Below, piece after piece: positions 41,101 through 50,018 of a stretch of DNA of 61,513 nt. The notes under the pieces are model-generated. The model saw only the letters and a list, made by a program, of their open reading frames with translations, ran no database searches and had not been told where the DNA came from. Made by a program: the position numbers and the translations under genes. The stretch's first letter is position 1; the number at the start of each line of letters is the position of its first letter. The DNA comes from an uncultured Rickettsiales bacterium (lineage in GTDB: Bacteria; Pseudomonadota; Alphaproteobacteria; Rickettsiales; UBA1997), in contig CAJQHK010000005.1 in the NCBI GenBank assembly GCA_905478165.1, positions 1-61,513 of the forward strand, given 5' to 3'.

Positions 41101-41179
41101 TGGCACAATATTGACCATTATCTGGGTACCATGTGCTTATGCAATATTGGAAGATATAAAAAAATTACTAAAAAATTAA
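38105..41179 (+). CDS. RND-family (AcrB/HAE1-like) inner-membrane efflux transporter
   Basis: 1024 aa with 12 predicted TM segments in a 1+5/1+5 layout and two large periplasmic loops. It has conserved SLVIVLGMLVDDSVI and GIIGLGGIIVNSGI blocks. Confidence 0.9.
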   Translation: MYKITEFFINNSKFTAVITATIILIGVYSMLNIRSETRPPVDFATAVILTNYPGASAADIEVKITKPIEDEILTVSDVKDIKSVSQPGKSTITIRLDIDKRGLNVDKTMSDLQKAIDRTPNLPLDLEENPIFTEIKSEEILVLQLAITGSNEDRKRDIVTKIIKDNLEKDKDIKKVLLRGYKKRRFKIDLDPLKMSQNNISILEVVNKIKSRNVSIPSGNIESNSIQALTRIEAKIQNVTDLENIIIRSNFNGQTIKLKDLSQILDSTEEIDVITSFNGEDATLLDVYKKSGTDILKLIEKIQEKIITYKNQYPDINLETAYNESIEVKGRLKILTSNALIGLIIVLCSLFVFLPFRVAIYSSISLPIVISAIIGFMVFFNLTLNTITILSLVIVLGMLVDDSVIISENFSKYYRRGYNSRKAAILPIKNLAFPISITIFTTIAAFLPMLITKGVMGQFIKWIPIIVSLALFLSLIESFWLLPARLASIKNKLNHKIKEIDWFTRFEILFEKMIFILVKKRYLMLLSFIGVIFISFFFLGKNKFILFPNEQVKNYIVRVKLDKNIKIETTNELLKNAANKIFKKLEDNIDTITGFSGVSDFKEHLPKYSRGENVAYMSINVNDYTEYNISASKIISKLKEIDFTEFTEISFEGAVNGPPIGNDIEAVIQSNNSKDIDQMISLIINDIKDIDGISNLSNDDVIGEDEIFINFDYEKINRFNLDILDISKAVRTAIAGQIVSDVTLNNEDVDLFVRFKDQKRSSLEDLKNIIIFDQNQNLILLKDLASFEKKLGSAFVKRFDNQRSKTLIGNVDENITTPTAANQLARNAFKKYQNQFPGISVKFAGVEESTNESLQSLLSAFQLSVILIFAMLVLLFKSYLKPLIILTTVPLGFFGFAIAFYLHGKPLSFMAMIGIIGLGGIIVNSGIILISYIDQLRRELGNQKSLQEILSYASAMRLRSVTITSFTTIAGLFPTAYGLGGYDPILSPMTLAMLWGLSAGTILTIIWVPCAYAILEDIKKLLKN

Positions 41180-41202
41180 ATCATTTTTAAAAAATTTACA
41201 TT

Positions 41203-41994
41203 ATGAAGAGTCAAGATTATTTAGAAATAGCAGGTAGAAAATTTAACTCCAGATTACTAGTTGGAACAGGTAAATATAAGGATTTAGCAGAAACAAAATT
41301 AGCAATTGAAGCTAGTGGCGCAGAAATTGTAACTGTGGCAGTTAGAAGAGTGAATATTGAAAAAAAAGAGGAGCCAATGCTTCAGGATTTTATTAATCCA
41401 GAAAAATTTACTTACCTACCAAATACCGCTGGCTGTTTTACCGCTAAAGATGCTATTAGAACCTTAAAATTAGCTAAAGTAATAGGTAATTGGAATCTGG
41501 TAAAATTAGAAGTCTTATCTAATGACGACATTTTGTATCCAAAAATTACCGAAACTATTCAAGCTGCAGAATTACTGGTAAGTGAAGGTTTTGAAGTTAT
41601 GGTTTACACTAATGATGATCCAATTGTAGCTAAGGAATTAGAAGATATTGGTTGCGTGGCTGTGATGCCACTTGGTGCTCCAATCGGATCTGGACTTGGT
41701 ATTCAAAATCGCCTAAATATTGAAATTATCCTTTCCAATGCTAAGGTACCAATTTTAGTTGATGCTGGCGTTGGAACCGCATCAGATGCTAGTCTAGCTA
41801 TGGAAATGGGATGCGACGGTGTTTTAATGAATAGTGCCATTGCTCATGCAAAAAATCCAATCTTAATGGCCAAAGCTATGAGATTAGCAGTTGAATCTGG
41901 CCGTCAGGCCTTTCTTGCCGGAAGAATGCCAAGAAAAAAATATGGCGAAAGATCTAGTCCGATAAAAAATAAAATTTCTACAATTTCTACATAA
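41203..41994 (+). CDS. thiG: Thiazole synthase
   Basis: 263 aa with [15 protein letters not shown] and [13 protein letters not shown]. No thiS, thiE, thiC or THI-box leader is present (only 23 nt upstream). Confidence 0.9.
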   Translation: MKSQDYLEIAGRKFNSRLLVGTGKYKDLAETKLAIEASGAEIVTVAVRRVNIEKKEEPMLQDFINPEKFTYLPNTAGCFTAKDAIRTLKLAKVIGNWNLVKLEVLSNDDILYPKITETIQAAELLVSEGFEVMVYTNDDPIVAKELEDIGCVAVMPLGAPIGSGLGIQNRLNIEIILSNAKVPILVDAGVGTASDASLAMEMGCDGVLMNSAIAHAKNPILMAKAMRLAVESGRQAFLAGRMPRKKYGERSSPIKNKISTIST

Positions 41995-42029
41995 ATCTTA
42001 AAAACTATTGTAACGAGGCTTATAGAGTA

Positions 42030-42200
42030 ATAACAATTCCTACTTTTGAAATATACAAGTTAAAATAGATTTTTTCTTTATTTTTTATCCCTAAATCATC
42101 AAAAAGCCTTACACCCTATTAACATAAGGAGGGCATTTTTTAATAATTGATGAATAAAAATATTTTGAAAAAAAACTGCCTTAAAAATGGAGATTAGTAT
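42030..42200. repeat. MITE-like palindromic element, family P3 (171 bp, inverted relative to 52391-52561)
   Basis: The reverse complement aligns over nearly its full length with 52391-52561, including ...caaaatatttttattcat.aattattaaaaaatgcc..cc.tatgttaatagggtgtaaggctttttgatgattta.ggataaaaa.... Confidence 0.8.
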
Positions 42201-42439
42201 AATAAAAATTCTTATAAACTTTAGCGGTCCTGTAGTTGCAAAATAAAAAAAAACAATTATCATCAACCTCTCTGTAAAAAATGTTATGTCCAAGCTTATC
42301 TTTGCGACGATATGATGTTATATAATACATATTACAAAGTTTAAGGTGTCATCAATATTAAATTGAAGGATGATTAAAAATGTCGAATATTAATTGGCGT
42401 TACTTTGTAATAATGTAATAAACCTTAATTTATAAAATT

Positions 42440-43405
42440 ATGACTGAAACTACAATAAAATTACCTAAAATAAAAATTAAACAATTATTAGAAGCAAAAG
42501 TTCATGTTGGTCATCAAAGCAGAAAGCTAAACACCAAAATGGCAAAATATGTTTTTTGCACTCACAACAAAACTAGTGTTATTGATCTAAATCAAACATC
42601 TCAATTATTATTTCAAGCTCTACAAGTTGTTAAAAATGTTGCCAAAAATAATGGCAGAATTCTATTCGTATCAACAAAGAAACAAGCGTCGGAATTAACT
42701 TCTGAATACGCAAAAAAATGTGGTCAATATTATGTTAATCAAAAATGGCTTGGTGGCATGATGACTAACTGGAAGACAATATCGCACTCTATTAAAACCC
42801 TTGAAAAAATTGAAAAAGATTTAGCTAATGAAGAGTTGGATTTAAATAAGAAAGAAAGGTTGGTTCTGGAAAGAGATAGATTGAAGTTAGAATCTGCACT
42901 TGGCGGTATTAGAAATATGGGTGGTCATCCAGATTTAATCGTAATTATTGATATCAGAAGAGAATTTAACGCCCTTAGTGAAGCAAAAAAACTAGGTATC
43001 CCAATTGTTGCCGTAGTTGACACTAATTGCAATCCTGATGCTGTTGACTTCATTATACCTGGAAATGATGATTCTCGTCAATCAATTGAACTACTTTATC
43101 ACTTAATTTCTTCTGCAATTTTATGCGGAATAGAAGAAAGCGCTTCTGAAAGTGGTGTAAAAGATTTTCTAAAAACAGAAAGCAAAGCTAAGGCGAATCT
43201 TAAAGCAAAGAACAAAGAAAACCCTAAAAAAGAGGAGGAGAAAACTAAGGAAGTAAAAAAAGTAACCAAAGCTAAAGCTAAGGCAGTACCTAAAGCGACT
43301 GAAGAAGTCAAAACCAATGACAACAAATCAGAAGAAAAGCTTGAAGAAATCAAAAAAGCAACCAAACCAGAGGTTAAAGCAAAGGATAAAGCAAAAACAA
43401 AATAA
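42440..43405 (+). CDS. rpsB: 30S ribosomal protein uS2 with Lys/Ala/Glu-rich C-terminal extension
   Basis: 321 aa. The canonical uS2 core runs to about residue 245 and is followed by a roughly 75-aa low-complexity tail (KAKANLKAKNKENPKKEEEKTKEVKK...KAKDKAKTK). Confidence 0.93.
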   Translation: MTETTIKLPKIKIKQLLEAKVHVGHQSRKLNTKMAKYVFCTHNKTSVIDLNQTSQLLFQALQVVKNVAKNNGRILFVSTKKQASELTSEYAKKCGQYYVNQKWLGGMMTNWKTISHSIKTLEKIEKDLANEELDLNKKERLVLERDRLKLESALGGIRNMGGHPDLIVIIDIRREFNALSEAKKLGIPIVAVVDTNCNPDAVDFIIPGNDDSRQSIELLYHLISSAILCGIEESASESGVKDFLKTESKAKANLKAKNKENPKKEEEKTKEVKKVTKAKAKAVPKATEEVKTNDNKSEEKLEEIKKATKPEVKAKDKAKTK

Positions 43406-43426
43406 TTTAATTTAAAATAACAAAAG

Positions 43427-44347
43427 ATGGCAAACTTAAAATTAGTAAAAGAGTTAAGATCTCAAACTGGTTGCGGCATAGCAGACTGTAACAAAGCTCT
43501 AGCTGAGTGTGGAGATAATCTGCAGAAAGCAATTGATCACCTCAGAAAGAAAGGATTGTCTTCTGCGGCAAAAAAAAGCTCCAGAACCACTTGCGAAGGT
43601 TTAATATCAACTATTGTCAACAATAATAAGGGATCAATAATTGAAGTTAACGCTGAAACTGATTTTGTTTCTAAAAATGAAAAATTTCAAAATTTAGTAG
43701 AAAATATTACAAATATTGCTAATGATTGTTCCGATCTATCAGCATTGAAAGCTGCAAATTACCCAAACTCTTCAACTCCTATCGAGGATGAAATTAAAAA
43801 TCAAATTGCTGTAATCGGTGAAAATATTAACCTCAGAAGAATTGACTCCCTCTCTATTGCCCAAGGTGTAATTACTCAATATATACATAACAAGGTTAAG
43901 GGAAACATGGGGAGATTAGGTGTTTTAATTGCTTTAGAATCCACAAGCTCTAACAAGGAAAAATTAGAAGAATTAGGTAAGCAAATTGCCATGCATATTG
44001 CAGCAACTAAGCCAGAAGCATTAAATATTGAATCAATTAGTAAGGAAAAGCTAACTAGAGAAACTGAAATCCTAAAAGAACAAGCTAGAGAATCTGGTAA
44101 ACCAGAAAATATCATTGAAAAAATGATTCAAGGTAGAATTAGAAAATATTATGAAGAAATTGTTCTATTAGAGCAAAATTTTGTTATGGATGATAAAATT
44201 AAAATTAAAGATTTATTAAAAAATTATTCTAAAGAGTTAGGTTCTGAGGTCGAAATCAAAGATTTTAAATTATTCATACTTGGTCACGGTATTGAAAAGA
44301 AAGATGAGGATTTTGCTTCAGAAGTAAATAAAATGATCAATAATTAA
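43427..44347 (+). CDS. tsf: Elongation factor Ts
   Basis: 306 aa with the UBA-like N-terminus VKELRSQTGCGIADCNKAL and TDFV. Confidence 0.93.
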   Translation: MANLKLVKELRSQTGCGIADCNKALAECGDNLQKAIDHLRKKGLSSAAKKSSRTTCEGLISTIVNNNKGSIIEVNAETDFVSKNEKFQNLVENITNIANDCSDLSALKAANYPNSSTPIEDEIKNQIAVIGENINLRRIDSLSIAQGVITQYIHNKVKGNMGRLGVLIALESTSSNKEKLEELGKQIAMHIAATKPEALNIESISKEKLTRETEILKEQARESGKPENIIEKMIQGRIRKYYEEIVLLEQNFVMDDKIKIKDLLKNYSKELGSEVEIKDFKLFILGHGIEKKDEDFASEVNKMINN

Positions 44348-45066
44348 TGACAGAGGGACTTAAATATAAAAGAATCTTATTTAAAGTATCTGGTGAGGCT
44401 ATGATGGGGGATAAGCCATTTGGTCATGACAAGGAGGCTATGAAAAGAATATGCAATCAAATTGTTGGAGCCTATAATTTAGGATATGAAATTTGTATTG
44501 TCGTTGGTGGTGGTAATATCTTTAGGGGTGTGTCTGCTGTAGCTGAAGGTATGGAAAGAGCTAGTGCCGATTATATGGGAATGTTAGCGACATCTATCAA
44601 CGCCATGGCTTTACAAAATATTCTTGAGCAGAACGACGTTCCAACTAGAATGCAGTCTGCCATACCAATGAATACGATATGCGAAACCTACGCCAAAAGA
44701 AAAGCTGTTAGACATTTAGAAAAAAAGAGAGTTGTCATATTCGCCTCCGGAACTGGTAATCCATTTTTTACAACCGACACTGCTGCAATCCTTAGAGCTG
44801 TCGAGACAAATTGTGACGTAGTATTAAAAGGTACTCAGGTTGACGGGGTATATTCAGATGATCCAAAGAAAGATAAAAATGCCACCAGGTTTAACCAATT
44901 AACCTACCAAGAAGTTATCAATAAGGATTTAAAAGTTATGGATCAGACAGCAATAACTTTGGCAAAAGATAATAATTTACCAATAATTGTCTTTTCAATT
45001 GATGAAGATAATGCTTTAACAAAAGTACTCAATGGAGATTTAAATTTTACCATAATCAAAAAATAA
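44347..45066 (+). CDS. pyrH: UMP kinase
   Basis: 239 aa with KRILFKVSGEA and VVGGGNIFRG. Confidence 0.93.
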   Translation: MTEGLKYKRILFKVSGEAMMGDKPFGHDKEAMKRICNQIVGAYNLGYEICIVVGGGNIFRGVSAVAEGMERASADYMGMLATSINAMALQNILEQNDVPTRMQSAIPMNTICETYAKRKAVRHLEKKRVVIFASGTGNPFFTTDTAAILRAVETNCDVVLKGTQVDGVYSDDPKKDKNATRFNQLTYQEVINKDLKVMDQTAITLAKDNNLPIIVFSIDEDNALTKVLNGDLNFTIIKK

Positions 45067-45069
45067 ATT

Positions 45070-45621
45070 ATGCAAGAATCACTAGATCAAGCAGAGATTA
45101 AAATGGAAGAGACTTTGGACTTTTTACATAAAGAGCTTTCCACCATTATAACAGGTAGGGCCAACCCTTCACTACTGGACAATGTTAAAGTTGAGTCTTA
45201 TGGTAGCTTTATGCCAATTAACCAATTATCAAACATCTCAGCACCAGACGCTTCAACTATTAATATTCAGGTTTGGGATAAGGAGATGACAAAACCTATC
45301 GAAAAAGCCATTATGAATTCCGGCTTAGGACTAAACCCAATGTCAGATGGTCAATCAATTAGAATCTCTATACCAAAATTAAGCGAAGAAAGAAGGTTAG
45401 ATTTAGTAAAATTAGCAAAAAAATATAGCGAATCTAAAAAGGTACAAATTAGAAATATTAGGAGGGATGCTATAGATAAATTTAAAAAGGAAAACAAAGA
45501 AGCTGGATCAAAAGATGATATCCACTCCTTTACAGATCGGTTGCAAAAAATTACCGATGATTTTATTGTAAAAATTGACAGTACCGTAGCGGACAAAGAA
45601 AAAGATCTAACGACAATATAA
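45070..45621 (+). CDS. frr: Ribosome recycling factor
   Basis: 183 aa, RRF family (GRANPSLLD..V..YG), in its conserved position after pyrH. Confidence 0.93.
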   Translation: MQESLDQAEIKMEETLDFLHKELSTIITGRANPSLLDNVKVESYGSFMPINQLSNISAPDASTINIQVWDKEMTKPIEKAIMNSGLGLNPMSDGQSIRISIPKLSEERRLDLVKLAKKYSESKKVQIRNIRRDAIDKFKKENKEAGSKDDIHSFTDRLQKITDDFIVKIDSTVADKEKDLTTI

Positions 45622-45625
45622 TATC

Positions 45626-46336
45626 ATGTCGCCTGACAAAATAACTCCCACGCACATTGCTATCATCATGGATGGTAATAACCGTTGGGCTAAACAAAGA
45701 ATGTTACCGGTAAAATTAGGTCACAAATCAGGCTCAAATAGCATTAAAGAATTAATCAAATCAGCGTTAGAACTTAAAATTAAGTATATAACCATTTATG
45801 CATTTTCTACTGAAAACTGGTCGCGACCTAAAAAAGAAGTAGAGGATTTGATACTATTATTACAAAGTTACCTAGAAAACGACATAGAAGATATTATTAA
45901 ATATGGTGTAAAAATTCTCAGCTCAGGTAAATTATCAGCATTAGACCCGAAGATAGAAAATAAAATAAAAGCAATCAAAGAAAGAACTAAAGATAATAAA
46001 AATATCACTCTCAATGTAGCCTTTAATTATGGTTCACGAACAGAGATTACGGATGCAGTAAAACAAATTACTCAAAATATTATCGATCAAAAAATAAATA
46101 TCTCCGATATTAATGAAGAATTAATCAGTAAAAACTTATATAATCCAGAGATACCTGATCCAGATTTAATTATTAGAACTGGGGGGTGTAATAGATTAAG
46201 TAATTTTTTATTGTGGCAATCTTCGTATTCTGAACTATATTTTACAAACACATTATGGCCAGACTTCAAAAAAAAGAATCTGGAAAAAGCCATAGATGAG
46301 TTTAATAAAAGAAAAAGAAACTATGGAGCAAGGTAA
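45626..46336 (+). CDS. uppS: Ditrans,polycis-undecaprenyl-diphosphate synthase
   Basis: 236 aa with HIAIIMDGNNRWA and RTGG.NRLSNFLLWQ. Confidence 0.9.
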   Translation: MSPDKITPTHIAIIMDGNNRWAKQRMLPVKLGHKSGSNSIKELIKSALELKIKYITIYAFSTENWSRPKKEVEDLILLLQSYLENDIEDIIKYGVKILSSGKLSALDPKIENKIKAIKERTKDNKNITLNVAFNYGSRTEITDAVKQITQNIIDQKINISDINEELISKNLYNPEIPDPDLIIRTGGCNRLSNFLLWQSSYSELYFTNTLWPDFKKKNLEKAIDEFNKRKRNYGAR

Positions 46337-47057
46337 AAATAGACTAAAGAAACCAAATTTTCTTAAAATAAAAAATTTTTTAAAAAAATTTTCTAATATC
46401 AAATCCATTAAAAGTCTATCAAATTTTGAACAAAGAATAGCTAGTTCTTTAGTTTTAATTCCAGTAATCTTATATGCTACCTTTCTATCGAAAACATTAT
46501 TTTTATTATTAATCTTATCTATGACAATTTTAGCGGCATTTGAGTGGAATAATCTGACCAAAAGCGATGTAGAAAATAAAAATAAATGGCTTTTAGTTGG
46601 CTTTTTTTACTTATTATTACCATTTTATTCAATATTAGAATTAAGGTCTATTGACAATAATATAATTTTATGGTTATTTTTTGTAGTATGGTCAACAGAT
46701 ATTTTTGCTTACTTTATTGGTAAAAACATTGGAGGTCCTAAAATAATGCCATTAATTAGTCCCAACAAAACTTGGTCAGGATTAATTGGAGGAATGTTAT
46801 CAGCCGCAATTATTGGAGCTTTATCAACCTTAATGTTTGAAGGTGGAATTTTATTCTTTACTATTACAAGCGCCTTTCTAGCTATTGTCGCACAGACTGG
46901 TGACTTTTTTGAATCAAAAATTAAAAGAATATTTGGCATCAAAGATAGTGGAAATATTATTCCTGGACATGGAGGGATATTAGACAGAATTGATGGTCTG
47001 ATGTTTGTTGCACCCACTATTTTAATTATATATTACCTATTTAAAAATAATTTTTAA
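46296..47057 (+). CDS. cdsA: Phosphatidate cytidylyltransferase
   Basis: It carries the signature SKIKRIFGIKDSGNIIPGHGGILDRIDG. The start is uncertain (46296 or the ATG at 46323), and either choice overlaps uppS. Confidence 0.85.
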   Translation: MSLIKEKETMEQGKNRLKKPNFLKIKNFLKKFSNIKSIKSLSNFEQRIASSLVLIPVILYATFLSKTLFLLLILSMTILAAFEWNNLTKSDVENKNKWLLVGFFYLLLPFYSILELRSIDNNIILWLFFVVWSTDIFAYFIGKNIGGPKIMPLISPNKTWSGLIGGMLSAAIIGALSTLMFEGGILFFTITSAFLAIVAQTGDFFESKIKRIFGIKDSGNIIPGHGGILDRIDGLMFVAPTILIIYYLFKNNF

Positions 47058-47094
47058 ATTATATAATTTTTACATTATTTATCATTAAAACTAC

Positions 47095-47181
47095 GCCCCT
47101 ATGGCGGAATTGGTAGACGCGACAGATTCAAAATCTGTTATTCTTACGGATGTGTCCGTTCAAGTCGGACTAGGGGTACCA
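47095..47181 (+). tRNA. tRNA-Leu (anticodon CAA)
   Basis: Class-II tRNA by hand: acceptor gccccta/taggggt (one G-U pair), anticodon stem acaga/tctgt with loop ttCAAaa, a long variable arm, and T arm gtccg-ttcaagt-cggac. The CCA end is encoded. Confidence 0.85.
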
Positions 47182-47219
47182 CACATAACACAAAACACCC
47201 TCAAAAATAATTTCAAATA

Positions 47220-48029
47220 ATGGATGTCACAATAATTTTTAAAGCAATAATATTAGGAATTATTGAAGGATTAACTGAGTTCTTACCAATATCATCGACA
47301 GCTCATCTAATAATTGTCTCAAAAATAATTAATTTTAATGAAATAGAAAATAATATCTTTGAAATTGCAATTCAATTAGGAGCTATATTGGCAATAATAT
47401 TTTTATATCGCAGTAAAATTATTAATATTATTACAACTTTACCAAGCGATAAAAATTCTCAAAAATTTACCCTAAATATTATCTCCGCCTTTATACCAAC
47501 CGCAATAATTGGATTTTTACTTTATCCAATCATTAAGGCTCACTTTTTTTCCCTAATAATAATTTCTATTTCATTAATTATTGGTGGAATTATTTTCCTA
47601 ATAATTGAAAAATTAAATATCAAAAGCAGGTTCAGTAAAATTGAAGAAATTAATATTAAGAATTCAATATTACTTGGATTAATACAATCCTTAGCTGTGA
47701 TACCGGGAGTATCAAGGTCAGGAGCCACGATAATGGGAGGATTAGCTCTTGGAATGAAAAGAGAATTGGCAACTGAAATATCCTTTTTTCTAGCGATTCC
47801 AACTATTTTTGTTGCTACGATCTATGATTTATATAAAAATTACAATATCTTAAACCTAGATCACCTATTTATCATCTCTATTGGCTTTATATCAGCTTTT
47901 TTTTCAAGCATTATAATTATTAAGTGGTTTATAAATTTTGTCAGTAAAAATAATTTTACTATCTTTGCTTATTACAGAATAATAGCAGGATTAATTTTGG
48001 GATCTTATATTATTTTTACTAATTATTAA
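47220..48029 (+). CDS. uppP: Undecaprenyl-diphosphate phosphatase
   Basis: 269 aa, polytopic, with the BacA motifs EGLTEFLPISSTAHL and PGVSRSGATI. Confidence 0.9.
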   Translation: MDVTIIFKAIILGIIEGLTEFLPISSTAHLIIVSKIINFNEIENNIFEIAIQLGAILAIIFLYRSKIINIITTLPSDKNSQKFTLNIISAFIPTAIIGFLLYPIIKAHFFSLIIISISLIIGGIIFLIIEKLNIKSRFSKIEEINIKNSILLGLIQSLAVIPGVSRSGATIMGGLALGMKRELATEISFFLAIPTIFVATIYDLYKNYNILNLDHLFIISIGFISAFFSSIIIIKWFINFVSKNNFTIFAYYRIIAGLILGSYIIFTNY

Positions 48030-48184
48030 TATCCTAGAGCGCGGTTATTAAAGACTGGTTTTTTGACTTGTTGTCCATAATTACAATGTAACCGCTGTAA
48101 GCTGAGTTCAGATTGTAACATTATCTACATCTCATAATGAGATATCTTGATTAAATAATCTTTTATCAGAGATAAGTTTTTTAC

Positions 48185-48397
48185 ATGTTGCTAACATTGT
48201 TTGTCAAGTTTTGCAAGGAGGTAAGAAGATTAATATATACCAACGAAAAGGATGTGCCCATTATTAGTGAAAAAATAGAATTATCTTACCTTCCCCCATA
48301 TTGTCCAGAATATTGTCCAGAATATAACCCAGATGAACTATTGAGCAATACACCTAAAATTATCAGGTCATTTTTCCATGTAGAGACAACTAAGTAG
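48185..48397 (+). pseudogene. IS630/Tc1-mariner-family transposase C-terminal fragment
   Basis: It reads ...IELSYLPPYCPEYCPEYNPDE.... LPPY.PE.NP.E is the IS630 third-acidic-residue block. It contains a 12-bp internal duplication (tattgtccagaa x2) and lacks the N-terminal two-thirds. Confidence 0.6.
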
Positions 48398-48429
48398 GCA
48401 GCATAAGAGTTTAATGTCTTAACTATTAA

Positions 48430-48525
48430 GCATCATATTGGGGGATTATAATATCTAAGATCCCAAAATATATCAGAAAAACTATGATCTTTGATAATGG
48501 AGGTGAATTTGCAAATCATATGTAA
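48430..48525 (+). pseudogene. Possible IS30-family transposase fragment
   Basis: A short frame reads ...IPKYIRKTMIFDNGGEFANHM*, which resembles the IS30 catalytic block (..siT.DNG.EF..H). It is only about 30 codons long. Confidence 0.35.
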
Positions 48526-48548
48526 AACTTCACAGCTAACAGCCACTG

Positions 48549-50018
48549 TTAAAGAATCTTAGGCTTAGCTCCTTCTAAGTAACTACCTATGTTAAACATA
48601 TTTTCTTCATCAAAATGATCAGTAATTATCTGCAAACCAAGAGGTAAATTATCCCTATCGAAGCCAAATGGTATAGATATCGCTGGCATACCAGCAAGAG
48701 AAGCTGGGATAGTAAATATATCATTGAGATACATTTTTGTTGGATCTTGACTGTTTTCTTTGATAGATTTTATTGTAAAGGCGGAAGTTGGAGCGGTTGG
48801 AGTTAAAATTGCATCAACTCCTTTAAAAGCATTTTTAAAATCCTGTAAAATCAAATTTCTAACCTTACAAGATTTTTTATAATAAGCATCATAATAGCCA
48901 GCTGACAAAACATAAGTTCCTGTTAAAATTCTTTTTTTTACTTCATAGCCAAACCCTTCCGATCTAGTAGTTTCGTAAAATTCATCTAATGATGAGCACT
49001 CCTTAGGAGTTCTGTAGCCATATCTGACACCATCATAGCGAGAAAGGTTGGAAGAAGCCTCGGCTGACGCAATAATATAATAAGTTGCCAATGCGTATTT
49101 AGTATGAGGTAAGCTAATATCGACAATTTTAGCTCCACCCTCTTTCAAGGCCTTAATACCATCTTGCCATAATTTATGAACATCCTCATTAATATTATCA
49201 AGTAAATATTCTTTTGGGATGCCAATTTTTTTACCTTTTATATCACTATTAATTAGTTTATCAAAGTTGGGAACTGATTTTTTTATAGAGGTTGAGTCTT
49301 TTTCATCATAGCCACAAATTATTTTTAGAAGTAAGGCGCTATCTTTTACAGTTTTAGTTAAAAATCCAGCCTGATCAAGAGAACTAGCAAAAGCTATCAT
49401 ACCATAACGAGAGCATCTACCGTAAGTTGGCTTAACACCAACAATGTTATTAAAAGATGCTGGCTGACGAATTGATCCCCCAGTATCACTACCAGTTGCC
49501 GCAACGCATAAATTAGCAGCAACTGCGGCGGCGGAGCCACCAGATGAACCGCCAGCGACTAGATCTTCTCCATTTTTTTTGTAAGGGCTTATGACATTAC
49601 CAAAATAGCTAGTAATATTTGCTGAACCCATAGCAAACTCATCCATACTAACCTTACCAAGCATTAAAGCCCCTTCATCCCATAATTTTTGAGTAATTGT
49701 TGACTCATATGCTGGAATAAAATTCTCAAGCATCTTAGATGCAGAAGTTGTTTTTACGCCATTGGTACAAAATAAATCCTTAATGGCAAGAGGAATACCT
49801 TCTAAAATTTTAGCCTCATTTTTAGATAATTTTTTATCAGATTCCTTAGCAGATTCAATTGCCAAATCAAAGGTTGTCGTGATGAAGCTATTTAAATGAA
49901 CATTATCTTCAATTGCTTTAATGTAGGATTTTGTTAATTCAACAGCAGAAAAGCTTTTGCTTCTAAGACCATCTATGGTGTTAAATAGATCTAATTTTGT
50001 GATATCAGTCATTTCCAA
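48549..50018 (-). CDS. gatA: Glutamyl-tRNA(Gln) amidotransferase subunit A
   Basis: 489 aa with the amidase signature GGSSGGSAAAVA and GSDTGGSIRQPA. Confidence 0.93.
   Translation of the reverse strand: MEMTDITKLDLFNTIDGLRSKSFSAVELTKSYIKAIEDNVHLNSFITTTFDLAIESAKESDKKLSKNEAKILEGIPLAIKDLFCTNGVKTTSASKMLENFIPAYESTITQKLWDEGALMLGKVSMDEFAMGSANITSYFGNVISPYKKNGEDLVAGGSSGGSAAAVAANLCVAATGSDTGGSIRQPASFNNIVGVKPTYGRCSRYGMIAFASSLDQAGFLTKTVKDSALLLKIICGYDEKDSTSIKKSVPNFDKLINSDIKGKKIGIPKEYLLDNINEDVHKLWQDGIKALKEGGAKIVDISLPHTKYALATYYIIASAEASSNLSRYDGVRYGYRTPKECSSLDEFYETTRSEGFGYEVKKRILTGTYVLSAGYYDAYYKKSCKVRNLILQDFKNAFKGVDAILTPTAPTSAFTIKSIKENSQDPTKMYLNDIFTIPASLAGMPAISIPFGFDRDNLPLGLQIITDHFDEENMFNIGSYLEGAKPKIL

Noticed and set aside
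42099-42293. 64-aa ORF between thiG and rpsB.
   Set aside because: It lies largely inside the P3 repeat copy (42030-42200), and its sequence is repeat-derived hydrophobic low complexity.
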